Assembly: GCA_030704615.1 (NCBI GenBank)
Contig: CM060734.1
Span: forward strand, 4,154,001-4,218,000
DNA: 64,000 bases
Reading direction: 5' to 3'
From: Takakia lepidozioides
Taxonomy: Eukaryota; Plantae; Bryophyta
Below, piece by piece: positions 25,501 to 37,531 of this stretch (its first letter is position 1; each line of letters opens with the position of its first letter). The translations under genes were made by a program, and so were the position numbers. The notes beneath the pieces are model-generated. The model saw nothing but the letters and a program-made list of their open reading frames with translations. It ran no database searches and was not told the DNA's origin.

Positions 25501-28500
25501 CGCCCTTGTACACCAACAAGAGCTGCTGCTTTCTACTTAAAGCATCGGCCACCACATTGTCCGTCCCGGTTTGTACTGGATATCCACGTCGAACACCGCC
25601 AAAGTATCTTGCCACCTAAGTTGTTTTGGGGACAACTTGGGCTGCGTGGCAAAATACTTCACCGTGACATTGTCCGTGAACACCTTCACTGGGTTGGAAC
25701 CAACATAGTGGCGCCAAAGCTCAAGGCAATGCACCACCGCCTTCATCTCTTTTTCGTGCGTCGGCCACCGTCGCCACTTCATTCAGTTTCTTACTTTCGT
25801 AAGCCACTGGACGTCCATCTTGCATAAGTACACCCCCAATCGCGAAGTCCGACGCATCTGTATGAATCTCAAACGGACGATCGAACTCCGGGATTTTCAA
25901 GACTGGAGCTTCCGCCATCCGCTGCTTCAATTCAGCAAAAGCTTGGCCACAAAATGTGTTCCATACCCAGACTTTGGATTTACACAGAAGGTCCGACAGC
26001 GGCCCCGCGATCTTGGCGAAATTTCTCACATACTTCCGGTAATAGGAGGCGAGTCCTAGGAAGGATCGCACTCCCGGGACCGAAGTCGGAGGCTCCCAGT
26101 CCAAGATCGCCCTCACCTTTCTGTCATCCATTTTGATCCCATCCTGTGTAATCACATGCCCCAGAACTCCACTTTTGTGACCCCGAATTCGCACTTTGAA
26201 GCTTTGGCATACAGCTTCCCTTCCCGCAATTTTGGAACACCCTTTTGAGGTGCTCCAGGTGCTCCTCCTTGTTTTCGAGTACACCAAGATGTCGTCGATG
26301 TACACGATCACAAAGTCATCCAACCACTCCTGGAAAAGGCTGTTCATCAGCGTGCTAAATGTCGCTGGTGCAGGTGAGCCCAAAAGGCATCCAAGAACTC
26401 ATATGAACCATACCTTGTCCTGCACGCGGTCTTCTCCTCATCTCCTTCCGCCACCCGAATTTGGTGATAGCCGGAGCGCAAGTCGATCCGGCTGAAATAC
26501 TTCGCTCCTGCCAACCGATCGAAGAGGTCGTCGATCCTTGGCAAAGGGTACCGGTTTTTGATAGTCACCTTATTCAGAGCCCTGTAATCGACACACATCC
26601 GCAGCGTCCCATCCTTCTTGTCTGCAAATAGCACCGGGGCTCCGTAAGGTGACTTACTCGGCCGGATGTACCCCTTTGACATTAGATCCTTGAGCTGAGT
26701 CTTCAGCTCGACCAACTCTCTGTGGCTCAACCGGTAGGGCGCCTTGGCAGGCGGTTCCGATCCCGGTATCACCTCAATCTTGTGGTCAACTCCTCTTCGC
26801 GGTGGCAAGCCGCTTGGTAAATCCTCCGGCATCACATCCTGGTATTTCTCCAAAATCCCCTTGATCCAATCTGGGCTCGGCTCCCCATCGCCTTCTCCTT
26901 TCACTTCTCTAATGTAAAGCAAAAACTGGGGCTCGTGTGCCTCCTCCACGGCCCACTCCTTGCTGACAGAAGGTTTATTCGCCCTCCCACGGATTTGGGC
27001 GTTTCCGACACTCGTAAAACCTCGCCACCATTCCACATGGCAGCGTGACTACTCTCTTGCGGCCATCTATGACCGCTCCGGATTTGCTCAAAAAGGTCAT
27101 CCCCAAAATGAGATCCACTCCATCGATCTCGCAGATGGTGAAGTTTCACGTCCCTCCCAACTCCCCAGTTGAAGAGGAACATCAACGCCAACCTTGTCGC
27201 CAACTGTGGTTCTCCTTTGGCAGAACGCACCTCAATAGAGGCCCCCACGTCACTTGTCGGGAGTCCCACTTTTGTGCCGTTGCCGGTGTCATGAAGGAGT
27301 GCGACGCTCCTGTGTCCACCAACAACGACACATTAGTTCCGGATATTATCCCATCCACGAACAATAACTGACTCCCTTTTCGTAAGGCGCCAGTTTCCTG
27401 ATACAACTCACAAGAAAATTTGCCTACCTTGCAAGTCCTGGCGACCACCGCTTCCACCAGCGACTGATGGTATCTTCCGACAGCTCCGTGGTCGCCCGAG
27501 TCATGTTCAATTGCCGGGGCTTCGTGCACTTCTTGGCCATGTGCCCGGGCTCCCCGCAATTGAAACACACTCCATCAAAGGTCGCCTTCTGTCCGCCATA
27601 AGCCGCTCCACCCGCTTTTCCTTTCGAAGCACCGGGTGCCGCCTTGACGTGTGAAGGCCCTCCCTTCGATTTCCACGTGCCATTTCGCCGCGTGGCCTAT
27701 CCCACTTCTTTTCCGGTCGGAAGGAGTCACCTTCCCGCCGGGTCTTCTTGTGGTTCAGCTCCGTACGGCCTTGTCTTCACCCCTAGGGACATCGAGAAAC
27801 ATTCAGCCCTCTCAATTGCCTCGTTCAAAGTCTTGGGTGGCTTCTCCTCCAACTTCCGCCTGGCCCATGGGGCCAGTCCCGCCACAAAGTTGAAGACCAT
27901 TTCTGGTTCTGCCATGTCCGCGACTTCGAGCAACAGCACATTGAAAGCCTGGACATACCCCCGAATGTCATCTGTTTGCTTCAAATTCCTCATCTTGTCC
28001 CGGGCCAGGACGCGTTGAGGGGCACAAACTGTCTCTTCATCAATTCCTTGAACCCACTCCAGTTCAAGGTTTCCGGGCTTGGACCTCGGGTCGTGAAGGC
28101 GTTTCTGCCACCATTGTTGAGCATAGCCCCTCAAATAGGTGGGAGCCACTTCCACCCGATCCTCGTCACTCAACTTGGCCGCCCGGAAGTACTGCTCTAG
28201 CTCCAAGAGCCAGGTGTTGAGTGCCTTCCGATTTCGGACGCCCTCGAAGGTGCCGGGTTCCTTAGGCTTCACCTTAAACTTTGCCTTAGTGGAAGTGGCA
28301 TTAGCCGCCTTCAACACGTCTTTCAACGTCCCGCCAAACTGCGCCAACAACCCTTCCCAAAAGGCTGCCGGCATGGGGGCATCTCTTGGTTGTCGGAGCT
28401 CTCAAGGATTCCTCGGGCTCCGACTCCTCGGATTCCTCCCGCTCTTGAGCGGCCTCGTTTTCGGAAACATGCATCGCTTCCTCAAACGGCCGCCTCGGTG

Positions 28501-29354
28501 ACACGTCGCCCCCATCGGGCTCACCGGGATCATCATCTTTTGGGCCGTTCCGCTTTCGCTTCGGCTTGCCCGACCCCATGATGAGGCCAATCCCAAGGAC
28601 GATCGCGTACTGAACTCTAAGCTCTGATACCAAGTGTCGCGCACCTCACTTCGGTAAGCTCCCCTTCAAGTCATAGTTACTCGCTTTGATGCGCGCGCCT
28701 GACTCCCAACCTGGGCCGCCGGGCCAACTTGGAGCTTCGGCTGCTCACCGGGACATAACGGTCCCCCTTCGCTTCCTCTAAACCCTCCACCTATTTGGGA
28801 CTAGGAGAATTCCCTTTGGTAGATGGCAGTCCGGAACAGCTCCCCACTCTTTGGTCGCTTTCCGGCTCGCTCGCTTACTCACTAGTTTTTGGTCACCAAC
28901 GGGCTTGCACCGTTCTCGGGTTACTACTCCCTATATACTTCTGTAGCTGTCGCGGGGGTTTCACAACCAGCCATGCCATTTTATGGCGAACCACCACGAA
29001 AACCCTCGACTCCCGGTGGTGAGTCGCGGTGAGTCTTGGCCCGCTCACCACGGCCCCTATGGACCGTGATGAGTCCCAAGACTCCCCACGACTCCCACCA
29101 CGAGGTCTCCGCCCCATGGTGAGTCCTATGCCACCCCCACTAAGTCCCGCTAAGCTACCCACACCCCTTGTGGAGCCACCCCCACCGCAACCCGGTGTGC
29201 GGGGCTCCACCTAGTGAGCGCCTCCGCCTCCTTGAGTGCCTTGGGCACTCAAGGGTGCTTCAGCCCCCCATACCTATCGCTGCCGCTGCCCCCACCACAG
29301 GGGCAGCCCCTCATGTGTCCCGACCCCCTGCCCTCAAGGCAAAGGGCCGCGACA
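22520..29354 (-). mobile_element. Chromovirus, inner full-length copy of the same family, inserted antisense into the RT of the outer copy
   Basis: LTRs 28635-29354 and 22520-23153 (TGTCGCG...CGCGACA); PBS 28621-28632; 5-bp TSD TTACG (22515-22519, 29355-29359); YIDD RT, IN and chromodomain EYEVEAILKSR...YLVKWK. Confidence 0.95.
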
Positions 29355-32300
29355 TTACGGAGCCCCGGTGCTATTTGCAGACAAGAAGGATGGGACGCTG
29401 CGGATGTGTGTCGATTACAGGGCTCTGAATAAGGTGACTATCAAAACCGGTACCCTTTGCCAAGGATCGACGACCTCTTCGATCGATTGGCAGGAGCGAA
29501 CTATTTCAGCCGGATCGACTTGCGCTCCGGCTATCACCAAATTCGGGTGGCGGAAGGAGATGAGGAGAAGACCGCGTGCAGGACAAGGTATGGTTCATAT
29601 GAGTTCTTGGTGATGCTTTTGGCTCACCAATGCCAGCGACATTTAGCACGCTGATGAACAGCCTTTTCCAGGAGTGGTTGGATGACTTTGTGATCGTGTA
29701 CATCGACGACATCTTGGTGTACTCGAAAACAAAGGAGGAGCACCTGGAGCACCTGAAAAAGGTGTTCCAAAAATTGCGGGAAGGGAAGCTGTATGCCAAA
29801 GCTTCAAAGTGCGAATTCGGGGTCACAAAAGTGGAGTTCCTGGGGCATGTGATTACATAGGATGGGGTCAAAATGGATGACAAAAAGGTGAGGGCGATCT
29901 TGGACTGGGAGCCTCCGACTTCGGTCCCGGGAGTGCGATCCTTCCTAGGACTCGCCTCCTATTACCGGAAGTATGTGAGAAATTTCGCCAAGATTGCGGG
30001 CCGCTGTCAGACCTTCTGTGTAAATCAAAGTCTGGGTATGGAACACCTTTTTGTGGCCAAGCTTTTGCTGAATTGAAGCAGCGGATGGCGGAAGCTCCAA
30101 TCTTGAAAATCCCGGAGTTCGATCGTCCGTTCGAGATACACACAGATGCGTTGGACTTCACGATTGGGGGTGTACTGATGCAAGATGGATGCCCAGTGGC
30201 TTACGAAAGTAAGAAACTGAATGAAGTGGAGCGACGGTGGCCGACGCACGAGAAAGAGATGAAGGCGGTGGTGCACTGTCTTGAGCTTTGGCGCCACTAT
30301 GTTGGTTCCAACCCAGTGAAGTGAAGGTGTTCACGGACAATGTCACGGTGAAGTATTTTGCCACGCGCAGCCCAAGTTGTCCCCAAAACAATTTAGGTGG
30401 CAAGATACTTTGGCGGTGTTCGACGTGGATATCTAGTACAAACCGGGACGAGACAACGTGTGGTGCCGATGCTTTAAGTAGAAAGAAGCAGCAGCTCTTG
30501 TTGGTGTACAAGGGCGAGACGGCGCTCCAAAGGAAGATCCGGAAGGCTTGCCGGAAGGATGAGCTGGCGAAGTCCGTGATGTAGGACTTGAGGATGGGGG
30601 TTAAATCGCAGTTCCACTCGCAAAATGGACTGCTCCGGTATAAGCAAAAGCGTCTCTACGTGCCGAAGGGAGGGATCAAAGATAGCCTCTTGAGAGAATG
30701 CCATGATAGCCCGCTTGCGGGCCACGGCGGAGCCAAGCGCACTGCGGCACTCTTGAAGAAAGAGTATTTCTGGCCCAAACTGAGGGAGGAGGCAGAGGAG
30801 TATGTCAAGACATGCACCACATGCCAACAAAACCGGAGCGAGTACAAAAAGAAGCGGGGCTGTTACAACCCTTGCCGATTCCAGAGGGGACTTGGGAAAG
30901 CGTCTTGATGGATTTCATGACTGCTATGCCGCTGTCAAAAGGATTCGATGCAATCATGGTGGTGGGGGATAGGTTCTGTAAAATGGGCCATTTCATCCCC
31001 ACCAAGGAGACGGCAACGGCGCAGGAGACAGGGCGACTTTACTTCGCCCACATCTTAAAGCATCATGGAGTCCCGAAGGATATTGTCTCGGACCGCGATC
31101 CAAAGTTACGAGTAAATTTTGGAGGGCACTTGGAAGAAGATGGGGACGAGGCTGAAGATGAGCACGCCTTCCGACCTACGACTGCCGGCAAACAGCAAGG
31201 TGCACCCACTATTGCATGTCTCCTTTTTGAAGCCTTACTTCAAAGATGAAGCGCGTCCGAATCGGCATCAAGTGTTGCGTCCGCCACCTATGCTGTTGGA
31301 TCATGAAAATGAACCTGAGTACGAGGTGGAGGCAATACTTAAGTCGAGGAGGTTCAAGAACCGAGAAACGGAGTATCTCGTCAAATGGAAGGGCTATCAT
31401 CATGTGGAGGCATCTTGGGTGCGTGCCTCAGAAATGGGAAACGCATCCGAGGCGGTTGCAGCTTTCGAAGGGTGACCTCAAAAGCGGAAGAAACGTTGAT
31501 GGGGACATCAACCTTGGAGCGTGGGGGAGGAAAATGCAGCTTAGCCCGGCTTAGCTAGCTTAGGAATCCGATTACAAAAACTTGTATTGTACAAAAATTT
31601 GTTATAAAGGAAATGGGTTCCAAATGTTGTGCGTCCTATTTTGTTTGGAATGGTCTGTATGGTTGGCTAGTGTGTAGAATGCATGCTAGCTTTAAAAAGT
31701 GGGAGAGGTAAAATTGGGTTAATCGTGTGTTTGCGTAGTGCCGAAATCGGGTGACCCCCATCCAAGCGGCAAGGAAACTTGCGACTTCTTTGGGAGTTCA
31801 CGTGCTAGTGCGCACCTGGTGCGTGCGTGTACTATAACTGTGCTACCAAGGGGGTTGCCTTGTAGTGCGGGCTAACGCGGAAGCTACGTGCTTCCGTTCA
31901 CGTACTATAATCGTGTAGCCTCGGGACGAAGTCGTAGTGCGGCTTCGGCGTGTTCCCGTACCTCAGGCCAGCATTCCAAGGCGGACCCAATTGTAGTGAT
32001 TGGGGCGCACGGTTGGTTCAAGGTTATCTTCCTAGTCAAAGAGGGTTCCAGGGAACCCTTGCTCAAGGTGATGCCAAAAGGCATCATGAGCGGCAAGCAA
32101 TGTTGTTGCAGTAAGGCGATTCGATCCTCGGGGAGGATCGTTCCTTGGCCTTGAAGTAGGCCAAGAAGAGTGCACTGGGAGGAGCTTGAGAGGCTCCACC
32201 CTTGGCCGGGACTTGGAGGAATTCGGCCGAACTAGCTAGTGGAGAGTAGAGTCAAGTGTGGGGTTTGGTTCTTTGCCATGGGACGCCATGGTACGGAAAC

Positions 32301-33121
32301 AAACTCCTTGATGTGGGACGCCACAACTTGGTTGTTCGTTTCTACAAAACTGGACAAGTCGATGAGGACATCGACTCCCTGTTGGTAGGGGTGTGTGTGC
32401 GGCCCTTTGCCTTGAGGGCAGGCAGGGGGTCGGGACACATGAGGGGCTGCCCCTGTGGTGGGGGCAGCGGCAGCGCAGCGATACGTATGGGGGGGCTGAA
32501 GCACCCTTGAGTGCCCAAGGCACTCAAGGAGGCGGAGGCGCTCACTAGGTGGAGCCCCGCACACCGGGTTGGTGGGGGTGGCTCCACAAGGGGTGGTGGT
32601 AGCTTAGCGGGACTTAGTGGGGGTGGCATAGGACTCACCATGGGGCGGAGACCTCGTGGTGGGAGTCGTGGGGAGTCTTGGGACTCATCACGGTCCAGGG
32701 GCCGTGGTGAGTGGGCCAAGACTCACCGCGACTCATCACCGGGAGTCGAGGGTTTTCGTGGTGGTTCGCCATAAAATGGCATGGCTGGTTGTGAAACCCC
32801 CGCGGACAGCTACAGAAGTATATATAAGGGGAGTAGTGACCCCGAGAACGGTGCAAGCCCGTTGGTGACCAAAAACTAGTGAGTAAGCGAGCGAGCCGGA
32901 AAGCGACCAAAGAGTGGGGAGCTGTTCCGAACTGCCATCTACCAAAGGGAATTCTCCTAGGCCCTAATAGGTGGAGGGTTTAGTGGGAAGCGAAGGGGGG
33001 GGACCGTTATGTCCCGGGAGCAGCCGAAGCTCCAAGTTGGGCCCGGGCGGCCAGGTTGGGAGTCAGGCGCGCGCATCGGAGCGAGTAACTATGACTTGAA
33101 GGGGAGCTTACCGAAGTGAAG

Positions 33122-33507
33122 TGTCTGATTGCACAAACTTGTGCAGCTCCTGCTCCTCTGCTCCAGTACACCACGGCCTTGTGGCTGAACACCTTGGTCC
33201 CTGGGGCTGTCTTTGGTTGTGTTCCAAGCCTAGCTTTCACCCACTTTGGTATTTCACCTACAGCTGCAGAACTGCTGGCTCCAACAGAGTTCTGACTATC
33301 CAAAGCAACATTGAGGCCCTCAACGCCAACTACAGCAGTTTGTTGTCTACTGCTAATGCCTGACTCCCAGTATGCAATCAACTCATCCAACTGTTCTCTA
33401 CTCAAATCAGTCTGAGTTCCTTGGGAAACATAAATCCTGTCCCCTTGTGTGCACAGGCTAAGAGACGAGACCTGCCCTTCAATTACGTCCTCATTTCCCC
33501 CAGCCAT
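33122..33507 (-). pseudogene. Truncated extra 5' ORF of split-LTR Gypsy copy 1
   Basis: Near-identical to the N-terminal 129 aa of ORF 58303-58974; cut by the chromovirus-associated deletion. Confidence 0.7.
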
Positions 33508-35898
33508 ACAAGGAGAACATCCACAGATTTGTCTCTCATATAGACCAGAACAGGTTCTAGAAACAGAATTGTGGATCTTTCATGGCACACTCACACTCTA
33601 AAAATTTCATAGATTTTTAGCAAAGTCCCAAAAACAAAAACCAAGAACTGAGTCAAGAATTGAGTCAAACGGAGCTCATTTGACAAAGATATGACCAACC
33701 AGGCTCTTTAAACATAACACCTTTTTTTTTCTTTTTTTTCTTTTTTTTTTTTTAATATAAGACAAAACAAATACAAGGAAAACTCTATTTTCAATACTTG
33801 TCTTGGTTCCCTGTTCCCTGGTTTCTTGTTCCCTGGTTCCCAGTGACTGGCTCTCCTCCAGTCGGGATCCGTAGCTATGCTGAGCCTTAATCCTTTGCAC
33901 CAATATTCCCAAAAAAAGCAGGAACACTTACAATGCAACCCCTGAAAGCACCAAATCGGAAATATCTGATCGGGCTCAGCACTATAGTGCCAGGGGCACA
34001 TAAACCAGATTGTAGGAGCAGCCAGAGGAAATGCAGGTTATGCCAACATCATCTAGACCATCCCTGCATCTTGGATATGCATCCTCCAGCAAGGGCCGTT
34101 GCCTCCATTGCCCGACACTTGGTTACATGCTCAGCCAAACCTAATCAGGTCATTTCCGTGACAGATTTCAGCGGCATTCAAATCACTGGCCTCGCTATGC
34201 ACTGTTGCCCTCAATCAAACATCTTGCAAAGCTGGCTGTCTTTCTCTGGCAGATCGCAAATAGAATTCTAGAGGTAGGGCGTTGGCTTCAATTCACCCGT
34301 GCACTGCTCTGCACATGCTGCTCGCTTGGGGTTTCAGAATCCCTGGAACACTGCCTACAGCAATGCAACATACCTTCAAAAATCTGACCCAAGATTCACT
34401 GGCTGCTCGGACACTGGCATGACCAAACCTCTTTAACTCCAATCAGCCTGCTACTGAATTACGATCCCAATGCCCAGTTGAGCTGCCAGTCTCGCATTCA
34501 CTGTCCCCACCAAGGCAGCTGCATGAATACTATGAATAACATCACAGCTCTCATCTTCCACTCTAACCGGTTGGATGAGTACGGCCTTGAGGTCTGGTCA
34601 AGGCCACCAACTGCACCTGGGTTGTCCCAGTTCTCTGTTGCCCAGTTCGGGTCACCTTGCTGATCGTTGGTGTTTTCAGACGGGTTTATCCCATACACCA
34701 AACAAAGGGATAATCAGGAAAGTCTGGAGTTCAGAAGCTGATAGAGCTCATATTCCTGCACCAATTAAATGAATGTGGTATCTCGCACTAAGACTCCCAG
34801 GACCAGCACCTGTGTAGAAGTAAGTACCCTTGACGCCGAAATGACAGTAGAGGCAAGTGATCAGTTGGAAGTGTTCAATGATGAGACAATAGAGCTGGAG
34901 CTCCCTTGACCTGTATCACCACAATCCTGCACCAAGTCAGGAGGACTTGTGAGGACTTGGTCTTAAAGGAAGAACTTATCTTTCAGCAATCAGAACCATT
35001 GGCGGGACGGAGGAGCACTGTCAGATATATGGTGACAAACTTGGACTCGGGTAGTGCGCTGAGTTGAAAGCTGGGTTGTGAACCACCATTCGACTTTCCA
35101 CCAGTTTCCACCTCAAAATGGTGGAACCAATGTGCAAGGTAGCAACAGCTACTTGGCTTTGTACAAACCTGAAGCACTTAAAAACGACTTTGCACCTTGC
35201 ACTCCCCGAAATCAACAATGCCCCCAACAACCTTTTTTGTCAGGAAGCTGGTTGCTTATGCAGATAATCGACCAGGTTGAAAGCAGTTTTCCCAGCCACA
35301 ATCACAAGTAGCATGAGATTGTGAGACTACTGGTTTTGCAGTGTTGATGATATGCTAGCAATGGGCTCCCCGTTCTCCATCGCTTTGCTGCTAGGCTTTC
35401 TCTCTTGGGGCCTTCACCTTCAACCAGCTCGCTGCGCCGTGCTCTACCTGCTGGCGCTGCATTTACTGGAGGGGGCGGATTTACAGCTCCTCCTTCAACT
35501 GGCTCCACTACACCAGCTCCACCTACTCTTCTGCTGCCTTTCCTGACCGCTTCTGGTCTGTGCACATCGAACTAAGGCGAGCAGCCCGGCCATCTCCAGG
35601 CACGGAAGTTTCTACCCATCTGCTCGATCACAGGTACCCCTTTAAGTCTCGCACTTGGTCAGTTTCCCAACGGCCAATCGCTGCTACTCCATGATGTCTC
35701 CTCACTGACCAAAACGAAGGCTGCTCCATGCAGTGTAGCTCCGTCCTGCCCGGCGGCCTCATGCCAGAACCAACGCTGATCGAAACCTGCATATTTTGTT
35801 TGTTTTTTTTTTTTAAGCTTCTTAAACTAAGCACTACTCTCACACAGGTAATCATACAAGTGCTAACCCTCAACTCCTACCTTGCACTCACATGTAAG

Positions 35899-35916
35899 AG
35901 CTCATCTCTCTCGAGT
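35899..35916 (-). promoter_or_regulatory. Self-priming primer-binding site of the split-LTR Gypsy
   Basis: AGCTCATCTCTCTCGAGT abuts repeat B and is the perfect reverse complement of 36105-36122 inside B. No TGG tRNA PBS is present. Same arrangement in copy 2 (61014-61030 vs 61220-61236). Confidence 0.85.
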
Positions 35917-36271
35917 GATAGAACAAGCTCAGAGACACACTGTTCACACCAGAAACAACATGAAATCCATCGCTATCACTCGTTAAAACAGAAGTCGAGC
36001 CAGGGGCACCCAAGCTATGGGGGACTCCACCCCACAACAACCTATACTCCCATCATAAGCACACTCAGTCCTAAACGATGCAGGAGCTCGGTCGCGCAGG
36101 CTCAACTCGAGAGAGATGAGCTGCGCGACTGACGCTCTCGTGAAGATAAGACGGTTCAGGTGTCAAACTAAACTTGACACCTGATTTAACACTTGACCTA
36201 AACCCAAGTGTTAAATACAAATAACTAGCTTTATTCTAGTTAGTTTCACACTGTGCTTATTTAACTTGACA
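35916..36271 (-). repeat. 5' terminal repeat B of split-LTR Gypsy copy 1
   Basis: 356 bp, near-identical to 12663-13018; followed by the TSD GAGT. Confidence 0.93.
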
Positions 36272-36289
36272 GAGTGCTCATGAAAAAAA

Positions 36290-37290
36290 AATGCGAGCGA
36301 CCTCAGTTAAAATGGTGCCGAATTTCGCGGTAATAGGGAGCAACATTGGAAAATGACGACGAATTTCACGGTAATAGGTGCCGACCCAAAAAATGGTGCT
36401 GAATTTCACGGCTATAGGTCCCTGCCATTTAAGTAAGTTGGCGCAGGAATTGGAAATGCGGTGCCGAATTTTGGGAGATGGTGCCTACAAGTGCACATAT
36501 ATTTGGAACTTTTTGGCCACATTACTCACCTCCCGCTTATACTCGCCGAACTGGAGGAAGCGATAATGCCACCATGCAAGCCAAATTACCATTGCTCCCT
36601 CGTCTGATTTCTTTACAGCACCTGACGTTGTCCACCAAGCCCGTCTACAAGCAAAAATTGTCTCTGCATCATCCAAGGTGGGAGCATTCTTCCATGTAAG
36701 ACACATAGAACGGTGGCGCTCTCTGAATTCTGGCGCCACGAGTCTATCTGTGTACTACGACAAGCTCTGCAGAAAATGGAACCCACAAGATCTCTCCTTT
36801 CCTTCCATTGGAACAATCGGGTCTTCCCCATACACCCTTCGCACTGCATCCCAATTTGCTTGTGCGTTGTCCGCCATGAAACCACGGAAATTCGGCGGGG
36901 GTAATCCCGCCCTGGCCATTTGCTCGTTTATTCCTTGCCAAAGATGCATCTCGGATTGTGAGTCCTCCCCTTTCATCTCACAAATAGCAATGGTCATTAG
37001 CATCTTGCAGCGGGTGTCGTAAACATGTGCACCCATTGTCACCCACTGGTGATTTGTAATGTGCTTGATATGGTCGAACATGACCCAACTGTTTGACAAG
37101 TCTCCACTCGTCATCCGGTGGACCAGCTCCACGCCGCTGCCAGGCCCACACGTGGACATTTTGAAGATGAAACAATGATCTGCCTCACTCCCTTGTCCTA
37201 GAAAACGACTTCCATGAATGTAGTCATATCCACATCGTTGCTTCACCTCCAGAATGGACTGCATATCTGATCCTCGCCCAATTTTTTGCT
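36290..37290 (-). mobile_element. Remnant of a second, diverged Mutator-like element (transposase core plus subterminal-type repeats)
   Basis: FKMSTCGPGSGVELV..VMFDHIK..FMADNAQANW..CGFHF..WLAWWHYRF is homologous to 43830-44540; GGTGCCGAATTT/CGGTAATAGG repeats at 36312-36480. Confidence 0.8.
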
Positions 37291-37531
37291 TGCACGACAC
37301 AATGTGGTTGTGGACATTGGGGGAGCAGACATGGGACACCGATCCAGAATAGACCAAGGGCGAGGACCCAATGGTGAGGAACTGTGTTACTATTGTAACC
37401 AGGCAGGACATCGCAAAGCAGCCTGTCCATTCTGGATCAGACACCAAAATGAGATGAGAGTTCCTGTGAATGAAGGCCCAGTAGTGGCAGCTCACATGGT
37501 TATGCCATGTATTGTACCATAAGTAAGTACA

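Larger units (their letters stand above)
19843..33121 (+). mobile_element. Chromovirus (Ty3/Gypsy with chromodomain), outer copy
   Basis: 5' LTR 19843-20572 (TG...CA); iMet-tRNA PBS TGGTATCAGAGC 20575-20586; gag-PR-RT start 20628-22519; RT-RH-IN-chromodomain 29360-31475 with a ~470-bp deletion in IN; PPT near 32387; 3' LTR 32396-33121, truncated at its end. Confidence 0.93.
12577..36271 (-). mobile_element. PHD-finger Ty3/Gypsy retrotransposon with split (permuted) LTRs, copy 1; interrupted by chromovirus insertions at 19843-33121
   Basis: Ends TGTC...GACA; TSD GAGT at 12573-12576 and 36272-36275; repeat A at 12577-12661 and 13021-13105; repeat B at 12663-13018 and 35916-36271; gag-pol-PHD on the minus strand. 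Confidence 0.92.

Noticed and set aside
19613-33507. Numerous short ORFs in the chromovirus LTRs and antisense to gag/pol
   Set aside because: Shadow frames of GC-rich repeats, not kept in frame between LTR copies.
12577-36271. DIRS/Ngaro tyrosine-recombinase element
   Set aside because: Encodes protease and an HHCC-DDE integrase in Gypsy order and makes 4-bp TSDs; no recombinase motifs were seen.
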